Assembly (NCBI GenBank): GCA_014381825.1
Contig: JACNKX010000113.1
Coordinates: forward strand, 6,159 to 70,158
Direction of reading: 5' to 3'
DNA: 64,000 nt
Origin: Planctomycetota bacterium
GTDB taxonomy: Bacteria; Planctomycetota; Planctomycetia; Pirellulales; Pirellulaceae
Each line of letters starts with the position of its first letter. Position 1 is the first letter of the stretch. Shown piece after piece: positions 15,584 through 25,900 of this stretch. Under the pieces are notes generated by a model, which was not told the origin of the DNA, ran no database searches, and worked only from the letters and a program-made list of their open reading frames with translations. Position numbers and translations under genes: made by a program.

Positions 15584-16732
15584 TTAGTCGTCGGTAAGCG
15601 ACTCGTATGCGATGTTAAACACTTCCGGGGCGTAATACGTTCGAGGCTGGGCACCCGGTAATTCTTGCAGTATTCCAGCTGAAGCGAGTCGCTCCAAATC
15701 CGACTTCGCAGTCGGGTAAGTGACGCTAAGTTTCTTGGCAAGATCTGCGACTTGTACAAATGGCGAATGAAATATCGATTCGACGATCTGATTCAACCGC
15801 ACGTTACCCCCAACTTTCACAAGCCGCGCGCTAAAATCCTCTCGGATCGCCAACATTCTCTCACATCGCTCGATGGTCTCTTTCGCCTGCGTGATCGTTG
15901 CATTAAGACAAAACTCAACCCATGCCGACCAATTAGCGTGCGTGCTGACGTGGAAGAGATGTTGAACATACTCATCGCGGTAGCGATCGAAGTACTCGCT
16001 CAAGTACAGCCAAGGCTTCGACATTTCACAGCGTTGTTGAAGCATGAGCGCGAGTAAGAGTCGACCGACGCGTCCATTCCCATCGTTGAATGGATGAATC
16101 GTCTCGAACTGATAGTGAACCAAGAAGCACTCCACTAATGCGTCAAACTTCGGTTCAGCTTGATGGAAATACTTCTCTAACGCGTCGAGACAAGTCATCA
16201 CTTGCTCTGGCGGGGGCGGAACAAACCGACGCGTCGAACCAATCGCAACTTGGATCTTCCTAAATTCGCCCGGAGCGCGATCCTTCCCCCGAACGCCCCT
16301 CAACAGTATCTCGTGCATTTCCTTCAGGAGCCGCAGAGACAACGGAAGGCTACTTTGCGTCCCATGATGAAAGGCGAGGCGATAATTGAACACTTCACGT
16401 TGATCGTTGGCAGGATCACCTTCCGAGAGAGACTCGCGTGGAGCCAGTTCGAACAGTAAGAGTTCCTTTGGCGTGGCGTAGGTACCTTCCAGGCTTGACG
16501 AACGAATTGCTTCGCGATCTTCCAGTGGTCGCAGCAGGATCCCAGGGTTTGGCAAATTACGCCCCAGTCCCTCGAGGATTCCAATTTGATGCTTAGCTTC
16601 TGCCAGCAGCGGCCACAGCCCATTGGGGAACTCCCAGTCGGGCGGAAGCTGATCCGGAACAAATGCGTGCTCATCGCCCATGATAGGGATGATACGTCCA
16701 GGTCTTGCCTCAGCAAATTGCTCGACTTTCAT
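15584..16732 (-). CDS. Fic family protein (AMPylase-type) with C-terminal wHTH
   Basis: The 'HPFNDGNGRVGRLL' Fic motif is present. An N-terminal 'SSSLEG' matches the (S/T)xxxE(G/N) inhibitory helix. The C-terminal 'LSVTYPTAKSDLERLASAGIL' is wHTH-like. Confidence 0.85.
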   Translation of the reverse strand: MKVEQFAEARPGRIIPIMGDEHAFVPDQLPPDWEFPNGLWPLLAEAKHQIGILEGLGRNLPNPGILLRPLEDREAIRSSSLEGTYATPKELLLFELAPRESLSEGDPANDQREVFNYRLAFHHGTQSSLPLSLRLLKEMHEILLRGVRGKDRAPGEFRKIQVAIGSTRRFVPPPPEQVMTCLDALEKYFHQAEPKFDALVECFLVHYQFETIHPFNDGNGRVGRLLLALMLQQRCEMSKPWLYLSEYFDRYRDEYVQHLFHVSTHANWSAWVEFCLNATITQAKETIERCERMLAIREDFSARLVKVGGNVRLNQIVESIFHSPFVQVADLAKKLSVTYPTAKSDLERLASAGILQELPGAQPRTYYAPEVFNIAYESLTDD

Positions 16733-16795
16733 TGGGACATGCTCTTGCGGCTCACGAATCGGACCGTGACAAGATTTTAACGACTTTTCTAGTGA

Positions 16796-16821
16796 TTAAA
16801 ATATATGGCTATATATTTTAA
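16796..16821. promoter_or_regulatory. AT-rich perfect 11-bp inverted repeat upstream of fic (candidate operator/promoter)
   Basis: TTAAAATATAT-ggct-ATATATTTTAA lies 64 bp upstream of the fic ATG. A direct repeat 'TGATTAAAATA' occurs at 16793 and 16832. This is a local AT-rich island in a GC-richer genome. Confidence 0.45.
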
Positions 16822-17001
16822 TGCTATTTCGTTGATTAAAATAGCTCCTAACGTGTTGTAGTTACACATGTTAACAACGATACTTAGCGACTTTTCCGGG
16901 GAAAGAGTGGGCTGGCATTGCTAGGACCAGTGACTGGCATCGTCCGCCTGTCCCAGTTAATTTGACAAAATTCGATTCCGATCATCGCCGAGAACAAGCA
17001 G

Positions 17002-18507
17002 ATGTTGAGCCCCCACGAAACACGAATAGTCCAGTTACAAGCCCGTCGACTCAATTGGACGGGCCAGCTCGTTTGCACCCTGACAATTGCTTTCTCGCTC
17101 GCCAACGCAACACCGTCGCTGGCTGAAATTGATAGCGACCTATATCCAAACATTGTCGTTATCATGGCGGACGATATGGGATTCGGCGATCCTGGTTGCA
17201 ACAATTCCGAATCAAAGATCGAGACCCCGAATATCAACCGGATTGCAAACGAAGGGTTGCGATTCACCGACGCGCATTCGCCAGCTTCGTGGTGTACGCC
17301 AACACGTTACGGTTTATTGACCGGTCGGTATCCGTTTCGAACATCGCTCGGCTGGCGCCATCGCCCAGTGATCGAAGAGAATCGACTCACGTTGCCCGCG
17401 ATGCTGTCCGCACATGGTTATCGCACGGCGATGGTCGGAAAATGGCATCTCGGATTCACGGTCGAGGATCTGGCCGAGGTGCATCAAGGCGGGCCGGTCG
17501 ATCGAGGATTTTCGAGTTGGTTTGGCATTCCCGCGTCACTCGACATTCCGCCATACTACTACATCGAAGGCAAGCGTGCCGTTGCGCCTCCGACCGATTC
17601 GATTGGCGACATGAACACCAAAGGCTGGAGCCCGATTCAAGGCGAGTTCTGGCGGGCAGGTGGATTGGCACCTGGCTTCAAACACGTTGATGTTCTGCCG
17701 ACACTGACCGCGCGTGCCGAGAAGGAGATTCTGGCTCATGGCAAGTCGAACGCGGACAAACCATTGTTCCTTTATCTCGCGTTGCCAGCGCCACACACAC
17801 CGTGGGTGCCTACGAAGGAATTCGCTGGGCGTAGCAAAGTGCCACTTTACGGCGACTTTGTCATGCAGGTCGACGCGACAGTCGGTCGAGTCCTCGCGGC
17901 ACTCGATGAAGCGAAGATGACCGAAGATACGCTGGTTGTCTTCACATCAGACAACGGCCCGGTGTGGTACGAGGAAGATGAAGTTAAGTACGGCCATCGC
18001 GCGACGAGCATCTATCGCGGGATGAAGGGCGACGCATGGGAAGGCGGTCATCGCATGCCGTTCGTCGTGCGCTGGCCAGCTCGCATCAACGCTGGTCGCG
18101 TCACCAATCAACTCGCTTGCCACACCGACTTGTTTTCTACGTGTGCATCCATCGTGGGGCATGACCTCCCCGAAGATGCCGCCGAAGACAGTATTGATCT
18201 ATCGGGCGTACTCACAGGAGAGGCAGATGAATCCAAACGTTTGCGTGAAACACTGATCGTCAATTCGACGGGAGCTTTTCTGACGGTGCGCAGCGGCTCG
18301 TGGAAGCTGATCCCATTTCGCGGTTCGGGTGGCTTCAGCAAGCCGAGGGTCATCCGCGACGTTCCGCGAGGTGAACCCAAGGGCCAGCTCTACGACCTCG
18401 CCGCTGACCCAGCAGAAACGAAGAACTTGTACGACGAGCATCCGGAGATCGTTAAGGAACTCACGACGCTGACTAACGAATCTCGGAAGTCAGGACGTAC
18501 GAGATAG
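17002..18507 (+). CDS. Arylsulfatase
   Basis: 'WCTPTRYGLLTGR' CxPxR motif and 'IMADDMGFGD' are present in a 501-aa ORF. Confidence 0.9.
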   Translation: MLSPHETRIVQLQARRLNWTGQLVCTLTIAFSLANATPSLAEIDSDLYPNIVVIMADDMGFGDPGCNNSESKIETPNINRIANEGLRFTDAHSPASWCTPTRYGLLTGRYPFRTSLGWRHRPVIEENRLTLPAMLSAHGYRTAMVGKWHLGFTVEDLAEVHQGGPVDRGFSSWFGIPASLDIPPYYYIEGKRAVAPPTDSIGDMNTKGWSPIQGEFWRAGGLAPGFKHVDVLPTLTARAEKEILAHGKSNADKPLFLYLALPAPHTPWVPTKEFAGRSKVPLYGDFVMQVDATVGRVLAALDEAKMTEDTLVVFTSDNGPVWYEEDEVKYGHRATSIYRGMKGDAWEGGHRMPFVVRWPARINAGRVTNQLACHTDLFSTCASIVGHDLPEDAAEDSIDLSGVLTGEADESKRLRETLIVNSTGAFLTVRSGSWKLIPFRGSGGFSKPRVIRDVPRGEPKGQLYDLAADPAETKNLYDEHPEIVKELTTLTNESRKSGRTR

Positions 18508-18546
18508 ATCGGCTTTGCGTTCCACCGTCGACGTGTTTTCATCAAA

Positions 18547-18613
18547 GTAGCCATCACTCTCCGAGTGACGAGCGCCAATTGCGTGGGCTTATCACTCGGA
18601 GAGTGATGGCCAC
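18547..18613. repeat. Paired palindromic repeat, copy 4 (arms 18547-18575 and 18585-18613, 9-bp spacer)
   Basis: 'gtagccatcactctccgagtgacgagcgc' and, inverted, 'gggcttatcactcggagagtgatggccac'. The copy sits between two convergent gene ends. Confidence 0.85.
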
Positions 18614-18625
18614 TGTAGATGCAGC

Positions 18626-19540
18626 CTACTTGATCAGCCCCGAGGCACGCATCCATTGCTCGCACCGTTCGGGCCAGTGTGTCACGGGCAAGTCGGTTTT
18701 ACGCAACCCGTAACCGTGACCGCCTGTTGAATAAACATGTAACTCGCCGCCGACCCCCGCCTTCTTCAATTCGGTAAACAGGAGGATGCTGCTCAACGGT
18801 GTTACCCGGTCGTCGGCGGCATGAGCGAAGAACATCGGCGGCGTGTCTTCGGTAACGTGGATGTACTCACGCAACTTTGACTCGTCCTTCTCGGCGAGAT
18901 AAGCCGGATAAACCAAGATCGCAAAATCCGGTCGACAGGAGACCTCGTCCGTCTTATCAATTGGATCGTACGTTCGGTCATTTCCAAATAACGCCGTCAA
19001 TGCAGCCGCTTCGCCACCAGCCGAGAATCCGCAAATGCCGATGCGAGCGGGATCAATTCCCCAATCATCAGCTTGACTCCGCAGAAGACTCATCGCTCGC
19101 TGTGCATCCTGGACCGCAGCTCGCCATCGCTTTTCCGGCTCGCGCGCCGGCACTCGGTACTTCAAGACAACGCCAGTCACTCCGATTGATGTTAGCCACT
19201 CGGCGACCTCGGTTCCCTCCAGGTCGTACGCCAGGATGTGATGCCCGCCACCAGGACACACGATCACAGCGGCTCCCGTATCAATCTCGGCCTTCGGGCG
19301 ATACACCGTCATCGTCGGGGTTGAAACATTTCCGAGTCGGATCACTCGACGACCCGCAACTAAATTGGCATCGGGCTTGGTAGTATCCGCTTCCGGTGGC
19401 AGTTCTTTCGTCTCGCCCGGAGGCTTTGCTGGCCAGAGGTTGGCGGTGGCGGGCCTCTCGGCCTGCGTCGGAATCGATACGCAACAAGCAAACAGCGACA
19501 ACAAGACGATGAAAATACGTGGCATTAGCTCAACTCGCAT
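18626..19540 (-). CDS. Secreted alpha/beta hydrolase (esterase/lipase-like)
   Basis: Signal peptide 'MPRIFIVLLSLFACCVSIPTQA', oxyanion-type 'CPGGGHH' and the nucleophile elbow 'GFSAGG' are present. Confidence 0.8.
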   Translation of the reverse strand: MRVELMPRIFIVLLSLFACCVSIPTQAERPATANLWPAKPPGETKELPPEADTTKPDANLVAGRRVIRLGNVSTPTMTVYRPKAEIDTGAAVIVCPGGGHHILAYDLEGTEVAEWLTSIGVTGVVLKYRVPAREPEKRWRAAVQDAQRAMSLLRSQADDWGIDPARIGICGFSAGGEAAALTALFGNDRTYDPIDKTDEVSCRPDFAILVYPAYLAEKDESKLREYIHVTEDTPPMFFAHAADDRVTPLSSILLFTELKKAGVGGELHVYSTGGHGYGLRKTDLPVTHWPERCEQWMRASGLIK

Positions 19541-19949
19541 CTAGGGGTTCGACATGAAGTCAGAGTCACAACGGATTGGATGTATCTGGGGTACAAGTAC
19601 AGGTATCGTACAAGATCGAAGTGCATAACGGTTGTCAAGATCGCGAGCGTTCCATGAGACCGTGTTGGAGCCTCTGACGAACTGGATATCGCAAGTTGGC
19701 CCTGATCCCACGCGCGTGATCAGTGTTCTACTCGATCGTCGCCTCGCTGAATCTAAGCCAACAAGAAAGTCGGGCACGTAAAAGATCTGAATATTTTCTC
19801 TGGATTTTTCTTGCAAACAGATTTGAGATCAAATAGGTTGCTCCCCAAGTGAACCGCGGATCGGGTGCATTCCTGGGCAGGGAGACCGCGGTAACGAATG
19901 GTTTGTGTCTTTATCGAATCGAACTTTGGCAGACAACTAGGGTGGAACT

Positions 19950-22900
19950 ATGGCAGATCTCAGCATCCTCGCGCGTCGATGCGCGAAGAGAAGTCGGCGC
20001 AGGCAAAACACAAGGCGACGAAAATTCGGCAATGCGATAGGTCTCCGCCTAGAGTTACTCGAGAGCCGACAGCTTCTGGCAGTTCTCGGAGATCCGATCG
20101 TCGACAGCGATCCAACGAGCGATGACAGCATCACGCTCTTGCAATCTCCCATTGAGGCTGATGAAGGAGGCACTGCCGCAGAGTCAGACTACGAAGGGGC
20201 TGACTATTCGTACTCGACGGATATGGCGACAGAATCTGGAATCGTCGCTGAAACTCTAAGTTATCAGGACGACGTGCCCGCTGGTCTGGAAGGTTCGGCG
20301 GCAGAGGATGCAGCGGCGTACTTTGATACGCTGCGAGAGTATTACGACGAGGCAACCGTTACGTTCGGCGTCGATGATGACACGGATTGGAGCGAAGTTG
20401 CGCTGGCGCTCGACGAACAAGCCACTGATATTGAGATGCCCGACGATGACTCGTTCATTGTGTTTAACTCGTTGGCGACGATTGATGATAGCTCGCTTGG
20501 GACGGATCTAAATGCGTTGGGGGATTCTTCGTGGGCCTTTGGCGACGATCCGTTGTCAACCATCGCTACGACGGATGCGGTCGACGTCGGCTCGATCGCA
20601 AATTGGGAAATCGTGGATGCGCTTCCCGACTCGCTCGACGCAAGTTCATTGCCAGAAACTCCTGATGACATTTACGTGTCGATACTCGATGGTCCCACAG
20701 AATCCAATGCGGAAAACGAGGAACAGCAAAACACGAGTGCCGGGGTTAGTGAACCTCTTGGGGCGAGTCTTGTATCCGGCGTGTTCGCTAGTCCCCAATA
20801 TGGCGCGACTGGCGGAACTCGCGTGTCGGTCAGTGATACGACGTTCGGCATCCTCGCAGGAATTCAAGATCGTTGGGACGCGGCTCGCAATGGCGATGCA
20901 AGCCAAGACAATGACGAAAGTGATTCACCACTCGCAGCGGATTCGGAAAACAGTGTCGAGCCACAGACCGAACCAAATGGGACGCTCGAATCGAGCGGCG
21001 AGTCGAATCTGGTATCACCCGTTGTACCCGGAGAAGTTGCACCCAGTGAAGTTGCAACTGGAGAATCAGCGGGCGACCCGGCGGAAGGGGAAGGTCCTCC
21101 CGTCGTAACGAACACGACGGGCGAGTTTGCTATCGATGCGCAGAATCTCTCGTTGCCCAAACTGCCCGACTTCAGCGCAACGGACCCACACCTACCTGGA
21201 CTTGCGCATTCTGGAGACCTGACCACATTTCAACCGCCCTCAGGAAACATCCCGCGCACTACGAACACGAGCAACAACACAACCACCACGTCATTCACCG
21301 ACGATCTCGGCGGCAACTGTACAGCGACGATCGACCGCACCACAACCGTCACGCAGGAAGCGTCCGAACTGCCCGCGTGGTATCTCGAAATCCTGCGAAC
21401 GGAATACTTGGTAGTTACTGACTGCGCTTACCCTGACGGAACGGCGCGGACAACCGATCAATCGGGTTCGAGCTTCTATCAGCTTCAGATCTCTGGAGAA
21501 TGGCCTCACATCGATTCGATCTACCTTGAGGACAACACACGCGACGCCTTTGTAGATACGGTGACACAGCGCTGGAGTGGCACGGGCGCGAGCGGCACGG
21601 GCGCGAGTGGCACGGGCGCGAGTGGGGCCGTGAACTCTGGAGCAACGGTCACTCGCCGCGACGGTTGGATCGAGAAAACTTCCCAGTACGACCGCGACTT
21701 CACGCTCGCTGCGGATGGCGTTACGAAGCTGGAATCCTTCTCCAAGTCAAAAGAGATCCGGTTGGATGAGGTCAGCACAGTTGATTCCAATGCCAACTAC
21801 GACCGCTCCGACCCGACGCCTGGAGTCGTCAACTTCGATAAGGGTTACGCGTTCGTCAGCACGCGAGACCACGTCTACTTCTCAACCGGCGAGGCCGAAG
21901 GGCGTGCGTTTGATGGCACGATGACTTATATCAGCCAGCCGATGAGAATGCTCGCGGATGGGACCGGTCATTCAGGTGTGTTTCTGAATGGAGCGGAGTA
22001 CACCGGCGAGACGATTCCTAATGGCACAACCTGGAACGAGTACAACTATTCGATTGTCAATAGCGACGATTACGGCTATGACCGAGGCATCGAGGGCAAA
22101 CGCGCTAACGACGGTAGCGGTTGGAAAGATGTTCCATCCAAGAGTTGGAGCTATCAGAGCAACTCGACCAAGACCGAATTCAAGGTCTGGATCGACGCCG
22201 GGAGCAAGGAAGACATCGCGGGACCTCCTGCGGACATTCACCACGAAGACATCGTTCACTATGAAGTGTGGTCGAAAGACGAGTCGTCGTTGGATACGAA
22301 TCGAGACGTGCTGTACGATGCTTCGGGGGGCGAGACCGTCAGAGGTTCCGGAGGTGCCAGCGGCAACAGCAGCGGCGGAAGCGAAGTTCGGTACGAAGGA
22401 AAGTTTACCTATGATGCCGTTGAAGGTTCGCTAGCGACCGGTGGCGATGGGGCTGACGATCACCAATGGGCCGATTACAAAGTCCACGACATCAACACGT
22501 ACTCGTCGTACTACGGTGTCGGCACAACGACTACGACCAATGGCGCAACCGGCGAGGTCGAGACGGCCGGTGGCGGCAGTGGTGGTAGCTCCATGAACGG
22601 CGACTCCGGCGCTCGCTTCACCGGTGGAGCGACTTACGACTTCGTCGACACGACTGGCAGCAGCACGGAAGTCGCAAACACGTTCGTCAGCTATGCAACG
22701 AATTCGTTCGACAAGTATTCGCGCGACGACACCTACACGATCACGCTCCAAGCCGACGGTGAAGTTGCCACAACGACCCATCCACCACTTGCGAAAACGT
22801 GGGGCGGCAGCAAGTCAGAACTCGACGCATGGGGCAAGTACGCATTCGACGATGTCGTGGGGAAGCTGCCGCTGGGCGATGGCGAAACGACGCACGACCA

Positions 22901-25900
22901 CAGCGGCTACTTCGTCAACGTAGACGACGAATACAACTACGAATTCCGCTTCGACACGCCCGGTACCTTGGCCTCGCTGGGAGTCATTTCCAACACCTAC
23001 AGCCATATCGATGGCAAGGGCGCATCGAACTTCAAGGCATGGGGCACGTACGATTACGACTATCGCAAAGACACCAAAGAGGTCCACGATTTCATTGGCA
23101 TCGATGTCAGCGACGATGCGTCCTATGAGTACGACTTTACGTACGGCGCGCAAGTGAAAGATGACGGCGCGTTGTCGGTCGGTGGTGGCGGCTACGACAA
23201 CTCGAAGGAAGATGGCGAATCAAAGTTCTATGGCTACGGCAGCTACGACGACAGCCTGGAGACGGGCAGCTTCGCGAGCGGCGGTGATGGCAGCCGCTTT
23301 GCTGAAAACCACGGCTACGAGTTTGAGTTTACCGACGAGTATTTGTACGAGAGTAAGACGAGCGCTCAAGCCAAGACGACCGGCGTGGCAATTGATGAGC
23401 GCGGTGGCTATTTGAATTCAATCACGGAGAAGAGTGAGTCCAGCTACAAAGTCTGGGGGTCTGTCGAAGAAGAGACCAAACAAGACAAGGATAATACCTA
23501 CGCTCGCATCGATTACGAGTCGTGGGGCAAGAGTGAATACAAAGCTAATGACTTTGAGATCGGCACGCCGATTGCGCACGACTTCCTTCAGATCGAGGGG
23601 AAGGGGACCGTCTTTTCTGTCAGCGAAGGCGGCACCAAAATCGATGGCCACGGCCACGCGGACTACTACACCGATCACGGCAGCTACTCCGCCGGGGATG
23701 GTTGGGAGGCCACGTCGAAGAACACCTGGTTGGTCGATGTCGACGACAAGTATTACTTCACCACCAGCTTGAACAACGACCGGAACAACTTCCAGTTCTC
23801 TGGTCCGTACAGCCGTACGACCGGAAACGACTTTGGCAATGTGCAATACGATGCCAAATACGTGTCCCTGACCGACAGCACCTATGACGAGAAACGCGAT
23901 GCGGCTGCCTACGAATCGCACAGCACGACCACTCGCGAAGTGAAAGCGAACGACGAGTATCGGCACTTCTTCGACTTCAATCACTCGATGTACGCGGACA
24001 CGAATAATTTCACAAAGGGCACATCAATGCCCGTTGGCAAAGCTTACGAACGCGCAAGTTCTCAAGGCCACGACAAATCGTTTACGATCTCCGACGGAAA
24101 GGAATACTGGACGACGAACTGGAGTTCCGGCAACAGCTTTGATAACTATACGCACGACTCGACGTGGAACAGCTACAACGATACCGGATCAAGCTACGAT
24201 TCAGAATTCGAAGTCGAAACAACAAAGGCTCCGCTGTCGGGATGGCGAACGAGTAAGTCGCATGACAAGGGGCAGTCGTGGGCGATCGGAGAAAGTAAAT
24301 ACGAAACGAAGGACGATCATATTTATTCATACTACGATCCCTATTACTCTTCCGGTGGTGAAGAGAAACTCCACTCGACGGACGAATCGAAATACCAATA
24401 CGATTCGAAGTACGAAAACAAAAGCGAAACCCAAGCGGATGGCACCGTAACGAACTCGAAAGATTCGTCGACGAGCGATTCGTCCGAACAGACGTACTCG
24501 TGGAACAACACCTACACAAATTGGTATACCGATCCTCTCATGGGCGTGACGACCATGAGTTGGGTCGACGCGGATTCCAATACCTACAGTTACGTGTTCT
24601 CGGACGCGTCCTCAAGCAGCGAGACAATTCCCGGAAGTGGTACTTCAGGTGACAGCAAGGAAGCCGATCTCAAGGACCCATGGCTTGGCCTCTTCCAAGC
24701 CGGCCTTGGATCGCCCGGAAGTTCCTCCGGACGATGGTGGAGTCCTTGGCGCTGGATGTGGACCGGCGATGGCCATGCGTCGGACGAAATGATGAATGTA
24801 TCGCTCGTCGCGGCAGGCAATTCCGTGAAGGACAATCAGGCTCGCAGCGCCCTGAAAGTCATGGCAACGGTCGACCCCACGCCTCTGTCCGGTTGCGTCG
24901 AAGCAACGCTCAGCGGCGTCGAGAACGGAGACAGCGTAACACGCATCGCGGCCAATTGCGCGATCGAAGCCGTTCCGATCCCTGGGTTCGCTGAAGCCAA
25001 GAAAGCAGCCAAAGCGGGGAAGAATTTAGTCAAAGAAGGTGCCCAGAAAGCGACGAAATACTCCGACGAGATCGTGACAAAACTTCGCAAAGGAAAGTCG
25101 ACGGCAAAGATCAACTGCTTTGTTGCGGGTACACCAACCCATGTCGTGCAAGAAGGGCAGTCACATGCAGTTGGCAACGTCGTGATGGCGATCAGCTTTG
25201 GCGTTTTCGTCACAAGCGAGTATGTTGATCGCAAGCGGCGCAAAAAACACGGCCCTTGGTCGCCCCAAGATCTTGACGATTGCGGAATCGGCTCAGCCAT
25301 GGACGAACTCGAACGGGATGACAGCTTCAATGGCATGAGTAGCGACGAACACGACTTGTTCCGCGACACGGTTGATGTGTTATTCGGCGAGTCCTACGAA
25401 CAGGAAGCATTGGAAACAAGCATAGCCACACTCGTTCGACCGTCCCGTTGTCGATCGACCGCACCGTACGACGGATCTCCGAATCCGTCGATCCAGTCCA
25501 GGTTAGCAGTTTCGACGGTCTCGGAGGGCTATCGTACTTTTGCCAGCAGGCCCACAACTCGCTCAGATTCGAAGCCGTCTGACGACATCACGTGGACACG
25601 CACTCTCGGCATCATGGCTCTGTGCGCGGGCCTCCTCTTCGGCTTGTTCTCGATCGTCCCCAGTGGTCGAGGCCCAGCGGTCACGACCAAGCCGATCGAG
25701 CAGGTGCGCGTCGGACAACGGGTGCTGGTCGATGCACCAGAGGAAGCTCTAGCCGCTGACTTCGCGCGGCTGACCAGTACGGCATTGTTCTGGGACCAAG
25801 GTGATGGAAGCTGGAAACTCGAAGCAGACGCCGATCCGCTACGCGAAATCCAACAAGCCACGTCGCAACAAATCACCAAAGCCGATTACCGCCTGGTCAA

